The translations under genes were made by a program, and so were the position numbers. A DNA stretch of 63,806 nucleotides, filler included, from Thermodesulfobacteriota bacterium (GTDB lineage Bacteria; DASVDK01): the NCBI GenBank assembly GCA_036381125.1. It is 6 parts of 6 records of this genome, joined end to end, with 100 filler letters (N's around TTAATTAATTAA, not from the genome) between each part and the next. Parts side by side here need not be neighbours in the genome. Positions count along the whole stretch, not along the records: positions 1 to 18,099 come from DASVDK010000129.1; 5 more parts are not named here. The stretch is one strand, 5' to 3'. Under the pieces are notes generated by a model that was not told the origin of the DNA, did not search any database, and saw only the letters and a list, made by a program, of their open reading frames with translations. Positions within the stretch are counted from its first letter, which is position 1. Each line of letters starts with the position of its first letter. Of the stretch, positions 1-9,458 are shown piece by piece.

Positions 1-1
1 C

Positions 2-1432
2 CACCCGTACACCTGGAGCGTCCCGGCGGCGCCGGCCGCGCTGCTCGGCCTGCTCGAGCGCTTCGGGACCTGGACCTTCGCGGACGTGGCGGCCCCGGCG
101 ATCGACCTCGCGCGCCGCGGCTTCCCCATGCACCCCGGCCTGCGAGGGCCGGGCGAGAACCTCTCGATCGCGGGCGACCGGGAGAAGTTCCTCGCGCGGT
201 GGCCCACGACCGCGGCCCTCTACCTGCCCGGCGGCGAGCCGCCGCCGCTCGGCGCGCTCTTCGCCAACCCGGCCCTGGCGGCGGTGCTCGAGACGATGGC
301 CGAGGCGGAGCGCCGGGGGGGCGGCAGCCGGGCGGCCGGCCTCGGCCGCGCCCGCGACGCCTTCTACCGCGGCGCGCCGGCCGAGGCGGCGCTCCGCTTC
401 GCGCGCGAGCAGGGCTCGCGCCTCGATCGGGTGGACTTCGAGCGGTACGAGGCGCGCGTCGAGCCGGCGGTCGAGCGCGCGTTCGAGGGCCTCACGGTGC
501 ACAAGTGCGGGCCCTGGACGAGCGGCCCGGTCTTCCTGCAGACGCTCGCGCTCCTCGACCCGGCGTCGCTCCGCGCGGCCGGCCACAACTCGCCGGACTA
601 CCTCCACGCCGTCGTCGAGGCGCTCAAGCTCGCGTTCGCCGACCGGGAGCAGTACTACGGGGACCCCGGCGCCGTCGACGTGCCGATCGAGGCGCTCCTG
701 TCGGACGCCTACGCGTCGCGTCGCCGGTCGCTGATCGACCCGTTGCGCGCCTCCCTCGAGCAGCGGCCCGGAGACCCCCGGCGGCTCGCCGCTCGCCTCG
801 ACGGGCCGCCGGTGCCGGCGGCGCCCTGGGGGCACGGGACGACCCACGTGAACGTCGGCGACCGCGCGCGGAGGGTGGTCTCGGCCACGGCGAGCGGCGC
901 CTGGATCGGCGCGTCGCCGGTCGTCCCGGAGCTCGGGTTCCCGCTCACGACGCGCTGCCAGACCTTCGCGCTCCACCCGGCCCATCCGAACGTGGTCGCC
1001 CCGGGCAAGCAGCCGCGCACGACGCTCTCCCCGACGCTCGTCACGCGGGGCGGCCGTCCGGCCATGGCGCTCGGCACGATGGGGGGCGACCACCAGGACC
1101 AGTGGACGCTCCAGGCGTTCCTGAACCTCGTCCTCTTCGGCATGGAGCCGCAGGACGCCGTCGAGGCGCCGCGGGTGAGCACGCAGCACCCGCCGAACTC
1201 GTTCCATCCCCACGAGGCGAAGCCGGGGCAGATCCGGGTCGAGGCGCGCGTCCCCTACGAGGTGCGCCGCGCGCTCCAGGCGCGCGGCCACCGGATCGAG
1301 CTTCGCCCCGAGTGGGCCGAAGGTTACGTCCTCGCCATCGTCGTCGACGAGACCCGGGGGATCCTGCGTGGCGGCGCGGACCCCCGCGGCGAGGTGGCCG
1401 GCGTCATCCCCGCCTATGCCATCGGCTGGTAG
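2..1432 (+). CDS. ggt: Gamma-glutamyltransferase family protein (5' partial)
   Basis: Frame open from window start; EALKLAFADREQYYGDP, autoproteolysis site G|TTHVNVGD, PGKQPRTTLSP, GGDHQDQ, GADPR. Confidence 0.9.
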   Translation, partial: HPYTWSVPAAPAALLGLLERFGTWTFADVAAPAIDLARRGFPMHPGLRGPGENLSIAGDREKFLARWPTTAALYLPGGEPPPLGALFANPALAAVLETMAEAERRGGGSRAAGLGRARDAFYRGAPAEAALRFAREQGSRLDRVDFERYEARVEPAVERAFEGLTVHKCGPWTSGPVFLQTLALLDPASLRAAGHNSPDYLHAVVEALKLAFADREQYYGDPGAVDVPIEALLSDAYASRRRSLIDPLRASLEQRPGDPRRLAARLDGPPVPAAPWGHGTTHVNVGDRARRVVSATASGAWIGASPVVPELGFPLTTRCQTFALHPAHPNVVAPGKQPRTTLSPTLVTRGGRPAMALGTMGGDHQDQWTLQAFLNLVLFGMEPQDAVEAPRVSTQHPPNSFHPHEAKPGQIRVEARVPYEVRRALQARGHRIELRPEWAEGYVLAIVVDETRGILRGGADPRGEVAGVIPAYAIGW

Positions 1433-1454
1433 GAGCCAGGAGAAGGAGGAACCG

Positions 1455-3029
1455 ATGCGACCCACGGGAGGCAGATGGGCGTGGCTCGCGGCGTGGCTCG
1501 CCGCCGCCACGATCGCCGCGGCGCCGGCCGCGGCCCAGGAGACCCCGCAGCGCGGGGGCCGGGTGCTCGACTCGCTCATCTCCGAGCCGGACAGCCTCGA
1601 CCCGGCTCGCGCGACGCTCCTGGTCTCGTCGTACGTCCTCGGTCTCCTCTACGACCGGCTCGTCTACATCGGGCCGGACGGCAAGCCGAAGCCGTGGCTC
1701 GCGGAGTCGTGGAGCGTCGACAAGGGGGGGCGGGAGATCACCTTCACGATCCGCAAGGGGATCCGCTTCACCGACGGCACGCCGGTCGACGCCGAGGCGG
1801 TGCGGTACTCCCTCGACCGGTTCCTCGAGCTCTCCAGGCGCAAGGCCGACGTGGGGCCGCTCGAGAAGGTGGAGGTGGTCGCGCCCGACAAGGTGCGCCT
1901 GACGTTCGGCAAGCCGTTCGCCGCGATCTTCGTGGCGCTCGACTCGTCCTACCTCGGCATCGTCTCCAAGGCCGCGGCCGAGAAGGCCGGCGACGCCTTC
2001 GGGCGGCAGCCGGTCGGATCGGGGCCGTACGTGCTGAAGGACTGGAAGCCGGGCAGCACGCTCCTCTTCGCGCGCAATCCGAACTACACGAGCCTGCGCG
2101 ACGACGTGACGAACAAGGGCCCCGCCTACCCGGACGAGTGGCAGATCCAGATCGTCAAGGAGGAGGGGACCCGGATGGCCGCCCTCGAGACGGGCGCGCT
2201 CCACATGTCGTGGGCCCCCTTCGAGGAGGTCCCCCGCATCAAGGCGCACCCGGACCTCCAGCTCATCGAGCGGGAGAAGGGCACCTCGTACATCTACCTC
2301 GAGTTCAACACGAAGAAGCCCCCCTTCGACAACGCGGACCTGCGCCGGGCCATCGGCTACTCGGTCGATCCGAAGGAGGTGCTCGACGCGTCGTACCTGT
2401 ACGGGACCCTCGTCAGCGCGCCGATGCCGATCGGCGTGCCGGGCTACTCGAAGGCGGTGGGCGACCGGTACGGGTACCGGCCCGACGAGGGGAGGGCGGC
2501 CGAGTACTTCAAGAAGGCCGGCTACACGAAGGGGAGCGACGGCAAGCTGCGCGACGCGAGCGGCCGTCCGCTCGAGGTGACCCTCACGACGTGGGTCGCG
2601 CCGCAGATCTCGCGCGCGGCGCAGATGATCCAGGCGCAGCTCCAGATGGCGGGGATCGACGTGGACCTGTCGCAGACCGAGGCCGGCGTCTTCCTCGCGA
2701 AGCTGCCGGAGGGGAAGCACGACTTCGACCTCATGCGGCAGACGTACGCCGACCCGCAGGGGCTGACCCGCCTGGTCCACTCGCCCGGCCGGTGGAACCA
2801 CTACGGCAACCCGAAGCTCGACGCGCTCCTCGAGCGGGCCGACGCCGAGCTCGACCCGGACAAGCGCTTCGCCCTCCTCGAGGAGGCGCAGCGGATGGTG
2901 CTCGAGGACGCGGCGATCGTCCCGCTCTTCAGCGACACCTTCATGATCGCCGCGCGCAAGGAGGTGCGGGGCTACAAGTTCGACGCGACGGGCACGCCGC
3001 TCTACCACGACGTGTGGCTCAAGAAGTAG
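1455..3029 (+). CDS. Peptide/nickel ABC transporter substrate-binding protein (family 5)
   Basis: AGGAGG SD, signal peptide, EPDSLDP, LAESW, F.DGTPVDAEAV, PVGSGPY. Confidence 0.92.
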   Translation: MRPTGGRWAWLAAWLAAATIAAAPAAAQETPQRGGRVLDSLISEPDSLDPARATLLVSSYVLGLLYDRLVYIGPDGKPKPWLAESWSVDKGGREITFTIRKGIRFTDGTPVDAEAVRYSLDRFLELSRRKADVGPLEKVEVVAPDKVRLTFGKPFAAIFVALDSSYLGIVSKAAAEKAGDAFGRQPVGSGPYVLKDWKPGSTLLFARNPNYTSLRDDVTNKGPAYPDEWQIQIVKEEGTRMAALETGALHMSWAPFEEVPRIKAHPDLQLIEREKGTSYIYLEFNTKKPPFDNADLRRAIGYSVDPKEVLDASYLYGTLVSAPMPIGVPGYSKAVGDRYGYRPDEGRAAEYFKKAGYTKGSDGKLRDASGRPLEVTLTTWVAPQISRAAQMIQAQLQMAGIDVDLSQTEAGVFLAKLPEGKHDFDLMRQTYADPQGLTRLVHSPGRWNHYGNPKLDALLERADAELDPDKRFALLEEAQRMVLEDAAIVPLFSDTFMIAARKEVRGYKFDATGTPLYHDVWLKK

Positions 3030-3030
3030 G

Positions 3031-3954
3031 GTGCGCGCGTACGTCCTCCGGAAGTGCCTGACGATCGTCCCGCTCCTCGCGGTCGTCAGCCTCCTCGTCT
3101 TCTCGATGCGGGTCCTCGTCCCCGGCGACCCGGTCGAGATCATGATGATGGGGCAGGCGGCCGACCGGGAGACGCTCGAGCGGGTGCGGCAGGAGCTGGG
3201 GTGGGACCGGCCGCTCCTGGTGCAGTACGGCGACTACGTGCGCGGGCTCCTGCGGGGCGACCTCGGGACCTCGATCCGCAACGGCCGGCCGGTGGCCGAG
3301 GACCTGGCGGCCCGCTACCCGCTCACGATCCTCCTCGCCGTGGCGAGCCTCCTGGTGGCCGTCACGCTGGGGCTCGGCCTCGGCGTGGCGGCCGCCGTCA
3401 AGCGGGAGCGGGCGCTCGACGCCGTCGCCACGGCGCTCGCGGTCGTCGGCATGTCGATGCCCCCCTTCTGGCTCGGCCTGCTCCTCATCTCGCTCGTGAG
3501 CGTCAGGTGGGGGCTCCTCCCGGTCATGGGGGCCGAGTCGTGGCGGCACCTCGTCCTGCCGGCCCTGACCCTCGGCCTCGTGTCGGCCGCCTCCATCGCG
3601 CGGCTCGTCCGGTCGAGCGTGCTCGAGACGCTCGGGCAGGACTACGTCCGGACCGCGCGCGCCAAGGGGCTCCCCGAACGGCTCGTCGTGGCGAAGCACG
3701 CGCTGCGCGGCGCCCTGAACCCGGTCCTCTCCATGATCGGTCTCCAGTTCGGCTTCATGCTCTCGGGCGCCTTCATCGTCGAGGTGGTCTTCGCGTGGCA
3801 CGGGGTGGGGGAGCTGGCGGTCATCGCCATCCAGAACCGCGATTTCCCCCTCGTCCAGGGGGTGGTGGTGATCGTGGCCCTCACCTACGTCGTCGTGAAC
3901 ACCGGCGTCGACCTCCTCTGCGCGTGGCTCGACCCGAGGGTGGCGGTCTCCTGA
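3031..3954 (+). CDS. Peptide ABC permease (DppB-like)
   Basis: PGDP, GDLGTS, DYVRTARAKGL, LDPR; TM helices. Confidence 0.92.
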   Translation: MRAYVLRKCLTIVPLLAVVSLLVFSMRVLVPGDPVEIMMMGQAADRETLERVRQELGWDRPLLVQYGDYVRGLLRGDLGTSIRNGRPVAEDLAARYPLTILLAVASLLVAVTLGLGLGVAAAVKRERALDAVATALAVVGMSMPPFWLGLLLISLVSVRWGLLPVMGAESWRHLVLPALTLGLVSAASIARLVRSSVLETLGQDYVRTARAKGLPERLVVAKHALRGALNPVLSMIGLQFGFMLSGAFIVEVVFAWHGVGELAVIAIQNRDFPLVQGVVVIVALTYVVVNTGVDLLCAWLDPRVAVS

Positions 3955-4796
3955 TGCGTGTGGGCGAGGTCCTCCGCGGGACCGGCCGCTCCTGGTCCGG
4001 GCGGATCGGGCTTGCCATCGCGCTGCTCGTGCTCGCCCTCGCGACGGTGGGTCCGCTCCTCTACCCGGTGGACCCCTACAAGATGGCGGTCCGCGAGCGG
4101 CTCAGGCCGCCGTCGGCGGCCCATCCCTTCGGGACCGACGAGTTCGGCCGGGACCTCCTCGCCCGGGTGATCCACGGCAGCCGGCTGACCCTCTCGGTCG
4201 CGGTGATCAGCGTCGGCATCGCCGGCGTCGTGGGGACCGGGCTCGGCCTGGCCGCCGGCCTCGGGGGGCGGCACGTGGACCTGGCCGTCGGGGCCGTGGT
4301 CGACGTGATGCTCGCCTTCCCGGGGTTCCTCCTCGCGCTCGCCATCGTCGCCGTCCTCGGGCCCAGCCTCGAGAACGCCATGATCGCGATCGGCATCCGA
4401 CGCATCCCGGTCTTCGTGCGCGTCGTCCGCGCCGGCGTCCAGCAGGTGGCGTCCACGGAGTTCGTGGTGGCGGCGCGCGCCCTCGGCGCCGGCGTCGCTC
4501 GCGTGGCCGGCGTCCACGTGCTGCGCAACGTCGCCCCGACGCTCGTCGTGCTGACGACCCTGCAGTTCCCCGAGGCGATCCTCGTGGCCGCCGGGCTCTC
4601 CTTCCTCGGCCTCGGCGCGCAGCCCCCCCTGCCCGAGTGGGGCGCGCTCCTCGCCACGGCGCGCGTCTACATCGCGCGCGCGCCCTGGCTCGTGAACTTC
4701 CCGGGGCTCGCGATCCTCCTCACCGTCCTCGGCCTCAACCTGCTCGGCAACGCGCTGCGGGACGTCCTCGACCCGCGGCTCTCGAGGAGCGCCTGA
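3954..4796 (+). CDS. Peptide ABC permease (DppC-like)
   Basis: HPFGTDEFGRD, LSFLGLG..PP.PEWG; TGATG overlap with upstream gene. Confidence 0.92.
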   Translation: MRVGEVLRGTGRSWSGRIGLAIALLVLALATVGPLLYPVDPYKMAVRERLRPPSAAHPFGTDEFGRDLLARVIHGSRLTLSVAVISVGIAGVVGTGLGLAAGLGGRHVDLAVGAVVDVMLAFPGFLLALAIVAVLGPSLENAMIAIGIRRIPVFVRVVRAGVQQVASTEFVVAARALGAGVARVAGVHVLRNVAPTLVVLTTLQFPEAILVAAGLSFLGLGAQPPLPEWGALLATARVYIARAPWLVNFPGLAILLTVLGLNLLGNALRDVLDPRLSRSA

Positions 4797-5575
4797 TGCC
4801 TCCGGTCCGCGTCGCGCTCGCCCAGCTCGCGCAGGTCGTGGGAGACCCGGCTGCCAACCTGCGCCGCGCCCTCGACACGCTCGGCGAGGCGGCCGCCCGG
4901 GGCGCGCGGCTCGTCCTCTTCCCCGAACTCCACCTGCAGGGCTACGCCGCCGACGAGGCGTTCGCGTCGCTCGCCGAGACGGTCCCGGGCCCGTCGACGA
5001 CCGCCCTCGTCGAGGCGGCCGGCCGGCACCGCGTCGAGGCCGTCGTCGGCATGGCGCGCCGCGACCCCGCGTTCCCGCACGGCGTCTACAACAGCGCCGT
5101 GCTCCTCGACGGATCCGGCGTGCGCGCGGTGTACGACAAGGTGCACCTCGGCACGTTCGGGCCGTTCCGGGAGGGGTGCTGGTTCGCGCCGGGTCGCGGC
5201 GCCGAGGTGGTCTCGACGGCGCTCGGGCCCTCGGGCTTCGCCATCTGCTACGACTGCTCGTTCCCGGAGCTGCCGCGCGGCCTCGCCCTCGGCGGCGCCG
5301 AGAGCCTGCTCGTCGTCTCGGCCGGCCCGGTCGCGGCGCGAGACAAATGGGGCCACCTCCTCCGCACCAGGGCCTACGAGAACGCCATGTGGGTCCTTTA
5401 CTGCAACACCGTGGGCCGGCAGGGGCCGTACGAGTTCTTCGGCGGCAGCCGCGTCGTCGGGCCGAACGGCGAGGTGACCGTCGAGGCGCCGGCGGGGGAG
5501 GAATCGCTGCTCGTCGCCGACCTGGCGCCCGAGGCGGTGGCGCAGGAGCGCTACCGCCGCCACCCGTTCCGCTAG
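4796..5575 (+). CDS. Carbon-nitrogen hydrolase (nitrilase superfamily)
   Basis: FPEL, YDKVHL, ICYDCSFPE (E-K-C triad), RAYEN. Confidence 0.9.
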   Translation: MPPVRVALAQLAQVVGDPAANLRRALDTLGEAAARGARLVLFPELHLQGYAADEAFASLAETVPGPSTTALVEAAGRHRVEAVVGMARRDPAFPHGVYNSAVLLDGSGVRAVYDKVHLGTFGPFREGCWFAPGRGAEVVSTALGPSGFAICYDCSFPELPRGLALGGAESLLVVSAGPVAARDKWGHLLRTRAYENAMWVLYCNTVGRQGPYEFFGGSRVVGPNGEVTVEAPAGEESLLVADLAPEAVAQERYRRHPFR

Positions 5576-5592
5576 CTCCATAGCGATGGGGC

Positions 5593-5877
5593 GCCCCGCG
5601 AAGCGGGGCCCGGGCGAAGCCCGGAGCGCCGGCAGTGCGGTCCGTGGGCGGCACGCGAGGACGGGAGCCGATCCTCGGCCCGCGCAGCGGGGCCGGGCCG
5701 AAGGCCCGAGCGCTGTGACGCGGGTCCGTGGGCGGCACGCCGGCACGAGAGCGGGGCCGATCCCTCGTGCCCCGCGAAGCGGGGCCCGGGCGAAGCCCGG
5801 AGCGCCGGCAGTGCGGCCCGTGGGCGGCACGCCGGCACGAGAGCGGGGCCGATCCCTCGCGCCCCGCTCGGGGGGTC
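5593..5877. repeat. Tandem REP-like repeat, about 3.3 units of 85-92 bp with GCGAAGC hairpins
   Basis: Units start near 5593, 5678, 5769, 5861; gccccGCGAAGCggggc and ccggGCGAAGCccgg hairpins; shared ccgtgggcggcacg; between convergent genes. Confidence 0.85.
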
Positions 5878-5893
5878 GCCGGCGACGCGCGGG

Positions 5894-6655
5894 TCAGATC
5901 GCCTCGCGCACCTTCCGGTACGTCGCGGCGGCGGCGTCGGCGAGGAGCTTCGAGTCGGTGACCACGGCGATGAAGGTGACGCCGTCCCTGATCCGTGCGA
6001 GCGCGGCGTCGGCGCCGGTGGTGAGGTAGCCGACCGCCTTGCCGTGCGCCTTTGCCGCGGCGACGATGCGGGACACCGCCGACGTGAACTCCGGCCGGTC
6101 GAACTGCAGGTAGCCGCCGAGGCTCGCCGAGAGGTCGTTCGGCCCGATGAAGAGCACGTCCACGCCCGGGACCGCGGCGATCCGCTCGACGTTCTCCACC
6201 GCCTCGCGCGTCTCGACCTGCACGACCACGAGGGCGTCCTCGTTCCACTCGTCGAAGTAGCGCTTCGCGTCGAGCCCGTAGCGCGATGCGCGGGTGCCGG
6301 CGATGCCGCGGATCCCCTCCGGCGGGAAGCGGCAGGCCGCGACGGCCGCCGCCGCCTCCTCGGCGGTGTTCACCATCGGCACCAGGACGCCGGCCGCGCC
6401 GCGGTCGAGCGCCCGCTTGATGAGCGCGGCGTTGTTCTCGCCGACGCGGACCATCGGGACGACGCCGTGGGGCGCGATCGCGCGGATCACGTTCTCGACG
6501 TCCGCGTAGCTCGCCGGCCCGTGCTCCGTGTCGACGAGCATCCAGTCCATGCCGAAGCCGGCGAGCAGCTCCGCCACGTCGGGCGAAGGGAAGCTGAGCC
6601 AGTGTCCGACGGCCGGCTCTCCCCGGCGGAGCAGCGCCTTCACGCGATTGGCCAT
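5894..6655 (-). CDS. HpcH/HpaI aldolase family protein
   Basis: DWMLVDTEHG, IKRALDRGA, PPEGIRG, QVET, LFIGPNDLS; GGAGG SD before ATG 6655. Confidence 0.92.
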   Translation of the reverse strand: MANRVKALLRRGEPAVGHWLSFPSPDVAELLAGFGMDWMLVDTEHGPASYADVENVIRAIAPHGVVPMVRVGENNAALIKRALDRGAAGVLVPMVNTAEEAAAAVAACRFPPEGIRGIAGTRASRYGLDAKRYFDEWNEDALVVVQVETREAVENVERIAAVPGVDVLFIGPNDLSASLGGYLQFDRPEFTSAVSRIVAAAKAHGKAVGYLTTGADAALARIRDGVTFIAVVTDSKLLADAAAATYRKVREAI

Positions 6656-7632
6656 GTCCGGTCCTCCTGTGCGTAGATCTCCGGGTTGGCGACGTGCGGC
6701 GGCCGGCGCCCGTGGAGCGCCTCGGCGAGCCCGTCGGCGGCCGCCACCGCCATCCGCATCGCGCACTCGGCCGTGAGTGCGGCGGCGTGCGGGGTGACGA
6801 GGACGTTCGGGAGCGCGAGGAGCGGGTGGCCCGCGGGGACCGGCTCCTCGTCGAAGACGTCGATGGCGGCGCCGAGGAGCCGGCCGGCCGCGAGCGCCTC
6901 GGCGAGCGCCGCCTCGTCGACGATCCCGCCGCGCGACGTGTTGACGAGGATGGCCGAGGGCTTCATCCGCGCGAGCGCCTCCCGGCCGAGGAGGCCGCGC
7001 GTCGCCGGCGCGAGCGGGACGTGCAGGCTCACGACGTCGGCGGCGGCGAGGAGGGCGTCGAGGTCGGGCGCCGGCTCCGCGCCGGCCGCCCGGATGGCGT
7101 CCGGCGCGAGGAGCGGGTCGTAGCCGAGGACCCGCATGTCGAAGGCGGCCGACGCCTTGCGCGCGACGAGCCGGCCGATGCGGCCCATGCCGACGATGCC
7201 GATGACCTTCCCGTCGAGGTCGACCGCCCGCAGCGTGTCGCGCACCCGCCAGTCGCCCGCGCGGGTCCGCGCGTCGTACTGCGCGAACCCCCTGGCGACG
7301 GCCGCCATGGCCGCGACGACGTGCTCGGCCACGGAGACGGTGTTCGCCCCCGGCGTGACGACGACCGGGATCCGGCGCCGGGTGGCGGCCGCCATGTCGA
7401 TGTTGTCGACGCCGACGCCGGTGCGGGCGATCCCCTCGAGCCTGGGCGCCGCCGCGATCACCTCGGCCGGCAGGGGGGTCGTCCGGACGACGATCCCGGC
7501 CGCGTCGGCGACCTCGCGCGCGAGGGCTGCCGGCGCCGGGTCGGGCGCCACGCGGACGGCGAAGTCCGACTCGAGGCGCGCCACCCCGGCCGGATGGATC
7601 GGTTGCACGAGAAGGACCACCTTGCGCGTCAC
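6640..7632 (-). CDS. D-isomer-specific 2-hydroxyacid dehydrogenase (SerA-like)
   Basis: GVGVDNID, GMGRIG, LHVPL, NTSRG, TPHAA; GTG start inferred. Confidence 0.9.
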   Translation of the reverse strand: MTRKVVLLVQPIHPAGVARLESDFAVRVAPDPAPAALAREVADAAGIVVRTTPLPAEVIAAAPRLEGIARTGVGVDNIDMAAATRRRIPVVVTPGANTVSVAEHVVAAMAAVARGFAQYDARTRAGDWRVRDTLRAVDLDGKVIGIVGMGRIGRLVARKASAAFDMRVLGYDPLLAPDAIRAAGAEPAPDLDALLAAADVVSLHVPLAPATRGLLGREALARMKPSAILVNTSRGGIVDEAALAEALAAGRLLGAAIDVFDEEPVPAGHPLLALPNVLVTPHAAALTAECAMRMAVAAADGLAEALHGRRPPHVANPEIYAQEDRTWPIA

Positions 7633-7674
7633 GCGTACTACGATGCCGTGCGGACGAACGGATTGCGAGTCGAA

Positions 7675-7691
7675 GGTACGCATACCGTACC
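7675..7691. promoter_or_regulatory. Palindrome, putative IclR operator between divergent genes
   Basis: GGTACG-CATAC-CGTACC; resembles 8581-8595. Confidence 0.55.
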
Positions 7692-7714
7692 GCGCTCGCC
7701 TCGGAGGTCGGCGT

Positions 7715-8479
7715 ATGACGGGGGAGTCGGTCGCGATCGTCACGGGAGGGTCGCGGGGGATCGGCCGCGCGGTGTGCCGGGCGCTCGCCCGGGACGGGCA
7801 CGTCGTGGTGGCGGTGGGGCGGGACGCCGGGGCGCTCGCCGAGACGGTCCGCGCGGTGACCGCCGACGGCGGCCGCGCCGACGCCGAGGTGGCCGACGTG
7901 ACCGACTCCGGCAGCGTGGACGCCTGCGTGGCGGCGGTGCTCGCCCGGCACGGCCGCGTCGACGTGCTGGTGAACAACGCGGGCGGGGGGAGCGAGGGCC
8001 GGCCGACGCCGGCCGACCGCGTGAGCGACGAGGAGTGGCGGCAGAGCCTCGAGGCGAACCTGCTCGGCGCCTACCGTACCTGCCGTGCCGTGCTCCCCTC
8101 CATGATGGCCAGGCGCTCGGGCGCGATCGTGAACGTGGCCTCCATCGCGGCCAGGCAGGCGAGCCACCTGTCGGGGCTCGTCTACACCGCGGCGAAGTCG
8201 GGCCTGGCCGGCATGACGCGCCACCTCGCGCGGGAGCTCGGGCCGCACGGCATCCGCGTCAACACGGTGGCGCCGGGCCTCGTCCGGTCCGAGCGCGTCG
8301 GCGCGAAGTTCGACCGCCTCCCGGCGGCGGAGCGCGAGGCGATCCTCGCGCGCATCCCGCTCGGCCGGATCGGCGCCGTCGAGGAGGTGGCCGACGTGGT
8401 CGCGTTCCTCGCGGGACCGAAGGCGGCGTACGTGCACGGCGCGATCATCGACGTGAACGGCGGCCTCTTCATGCCTTGA
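7715..8479 (+). CDS. SDR family oxidoreductase
   Basis: TGGSRGIG, NNAG, YTAAK; GGAGG SD. Confidence 0.92.
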   Translation: MTGESVAIVTGGSRGIGRAVCRALARDGHVVVAVGRDAGALAETVRAVTADGGRADAEVADVTDSGSVDACVAAVLARHGRVDVLVNNAGGGSEGRPTPADRVSDEEWRQSLEANLLGAYRTCRAVLPSMMARRSGAIVNVASIAARQASHLSGLVYTAAKSGLAGMTRHLARELGPHGIRVNTVAPGLVRSERVGAKFDRLPAAEREAILARIPLGRIGAVEEVADVVAFLAGPKAAYVHGAIIDVNGGLFMP

Positions 8480-8580
8480 ACCCCATCGCGCCGCGGTCAC
8501 GTGAAAAAAAGCACGTGGCCTGCGCCTTGACACCCCGCGACCGCCGCGTCAGGAATAGCAGAACGGAATTCGAAACGACG

Positions 8581-8595
8581 GTTCGCAATGCGTAC
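8581..8595. promoter_or_regulatory. Putative IclR autoregulatory operator overlapping start codon
   Basis: GTTCGCA-A-TGCGTAC imperfect palindrome; TTGACA at 8527-8532. Confidence 0.55.
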
Positions 8596-9406
8596 CCGGC
8601 GCAAGAACACGTTGCAGTCGCTCGAGCACGCGGTGGCGCTGCTCGAGCTGCTCCGCGACCACCCGGCCGGCCTCGGGCTGACGGAACTCGCGCGGCGGCT
8701 CAGGCTCACGAAGCCGAGCACGTTCCGGATCCTCAACACGCTGCTCGAGTGCCGGTACCTCACCAGGAGCGACACCGACGGGCGGTACGCCCTCGGGGTG
8801 AGGCTCTGGAGGCTCGGCTGCGCGGCCGTGGAGCGCGAGGCGTCGTTGCGAGAGGCCGCGGCGCCGGTCCTGCGCCGGCTGGCCGAGCAGACGCACGAGA
8901 CGTCGAACCTCAGCATCTACGACCACGGCCGGATCGTCTACATCGACTCGGTCGAGAGCCAGCAGTCGCTCCGGTTCGCGGCGCGGATCGGCGAGAGCGC
9001 GCCGGCCCACGCGGTCGCGACCGGCAAGGCGCTGCTCGCCTTCCAGCCGCCCGAGGAGATCGAGCGGGTCATCCGGGCGGGGCTCGAGGCGCTCACGCCG
9101 AAGACCATCGTGACGGCGGCCGACCTCATGCGGGAGCTCGCCGCGATCCGCGCGAGCGGCGTGTCGCGCAACCTGGGCGAATCGCACCCCGGCGTCGGCG
9201 CCATCGCGGTGCCGATCTTCCGGCCGGACGGCCGCGTGCTCGCGGCGATCTCGGTCGCCGGGCCGCTCATCCGGCTGTCGGGGCCGCGCATGCGGACCTA
9301 CGAAGGGCTCCTGCGCGAGGGAGCGGCCGAGGTGACGCGGCGCCTCGGCGGGGGGCGTCCCGCTCCGGTGGCGGCCGGCGGCGCGCGCCGGGGCCCGCCG
9401 CGGTGA
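8588..9406 (+). CDS. IclR family transcriptional regulator
   Basis: N-terminal HTH (LTELARRLRLTKPSTFRILNTL), PAHAVATGKALLA, AISVAGP. Confidence 0.93.
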   Translation: MRTRRKNTLQSLEHAVALLELLRDHPAGLGLTELARRLRLTKPSTFRILNTLLECRYLTRSDTDGRYALGVRLWRLGCAAVEREASLREAAAPVLRRLAEQTHETSNLSIYDHGRIVYIDSVESQQSLRFAARIGESAPAHAVATGKALLAFQPPEEIERVIRAGLEALTPKTIVTAADLMRELAAIRASGVSRNLGESHPGVGAIAVPIFRPDGRVLAAISVAGPLIRLSGPRMRTYEGLLREGAAEVTRRLGGGRPAPVAAGGARRGPPR

Positions 9407-9458
9407 CGGGCGGAGCCGCGTGGTTCGACGGCACGAGGGGAGGGGGAAGCGACGCCAC

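Noticed and set aside
5593-5877. About 90-bp units as CRISPR or as ORFs 5586-6029 and 5572-5838
   Set aside because: Whole units are duplicated, and the translations are Arg/Pro/Gly-rich shadow frames
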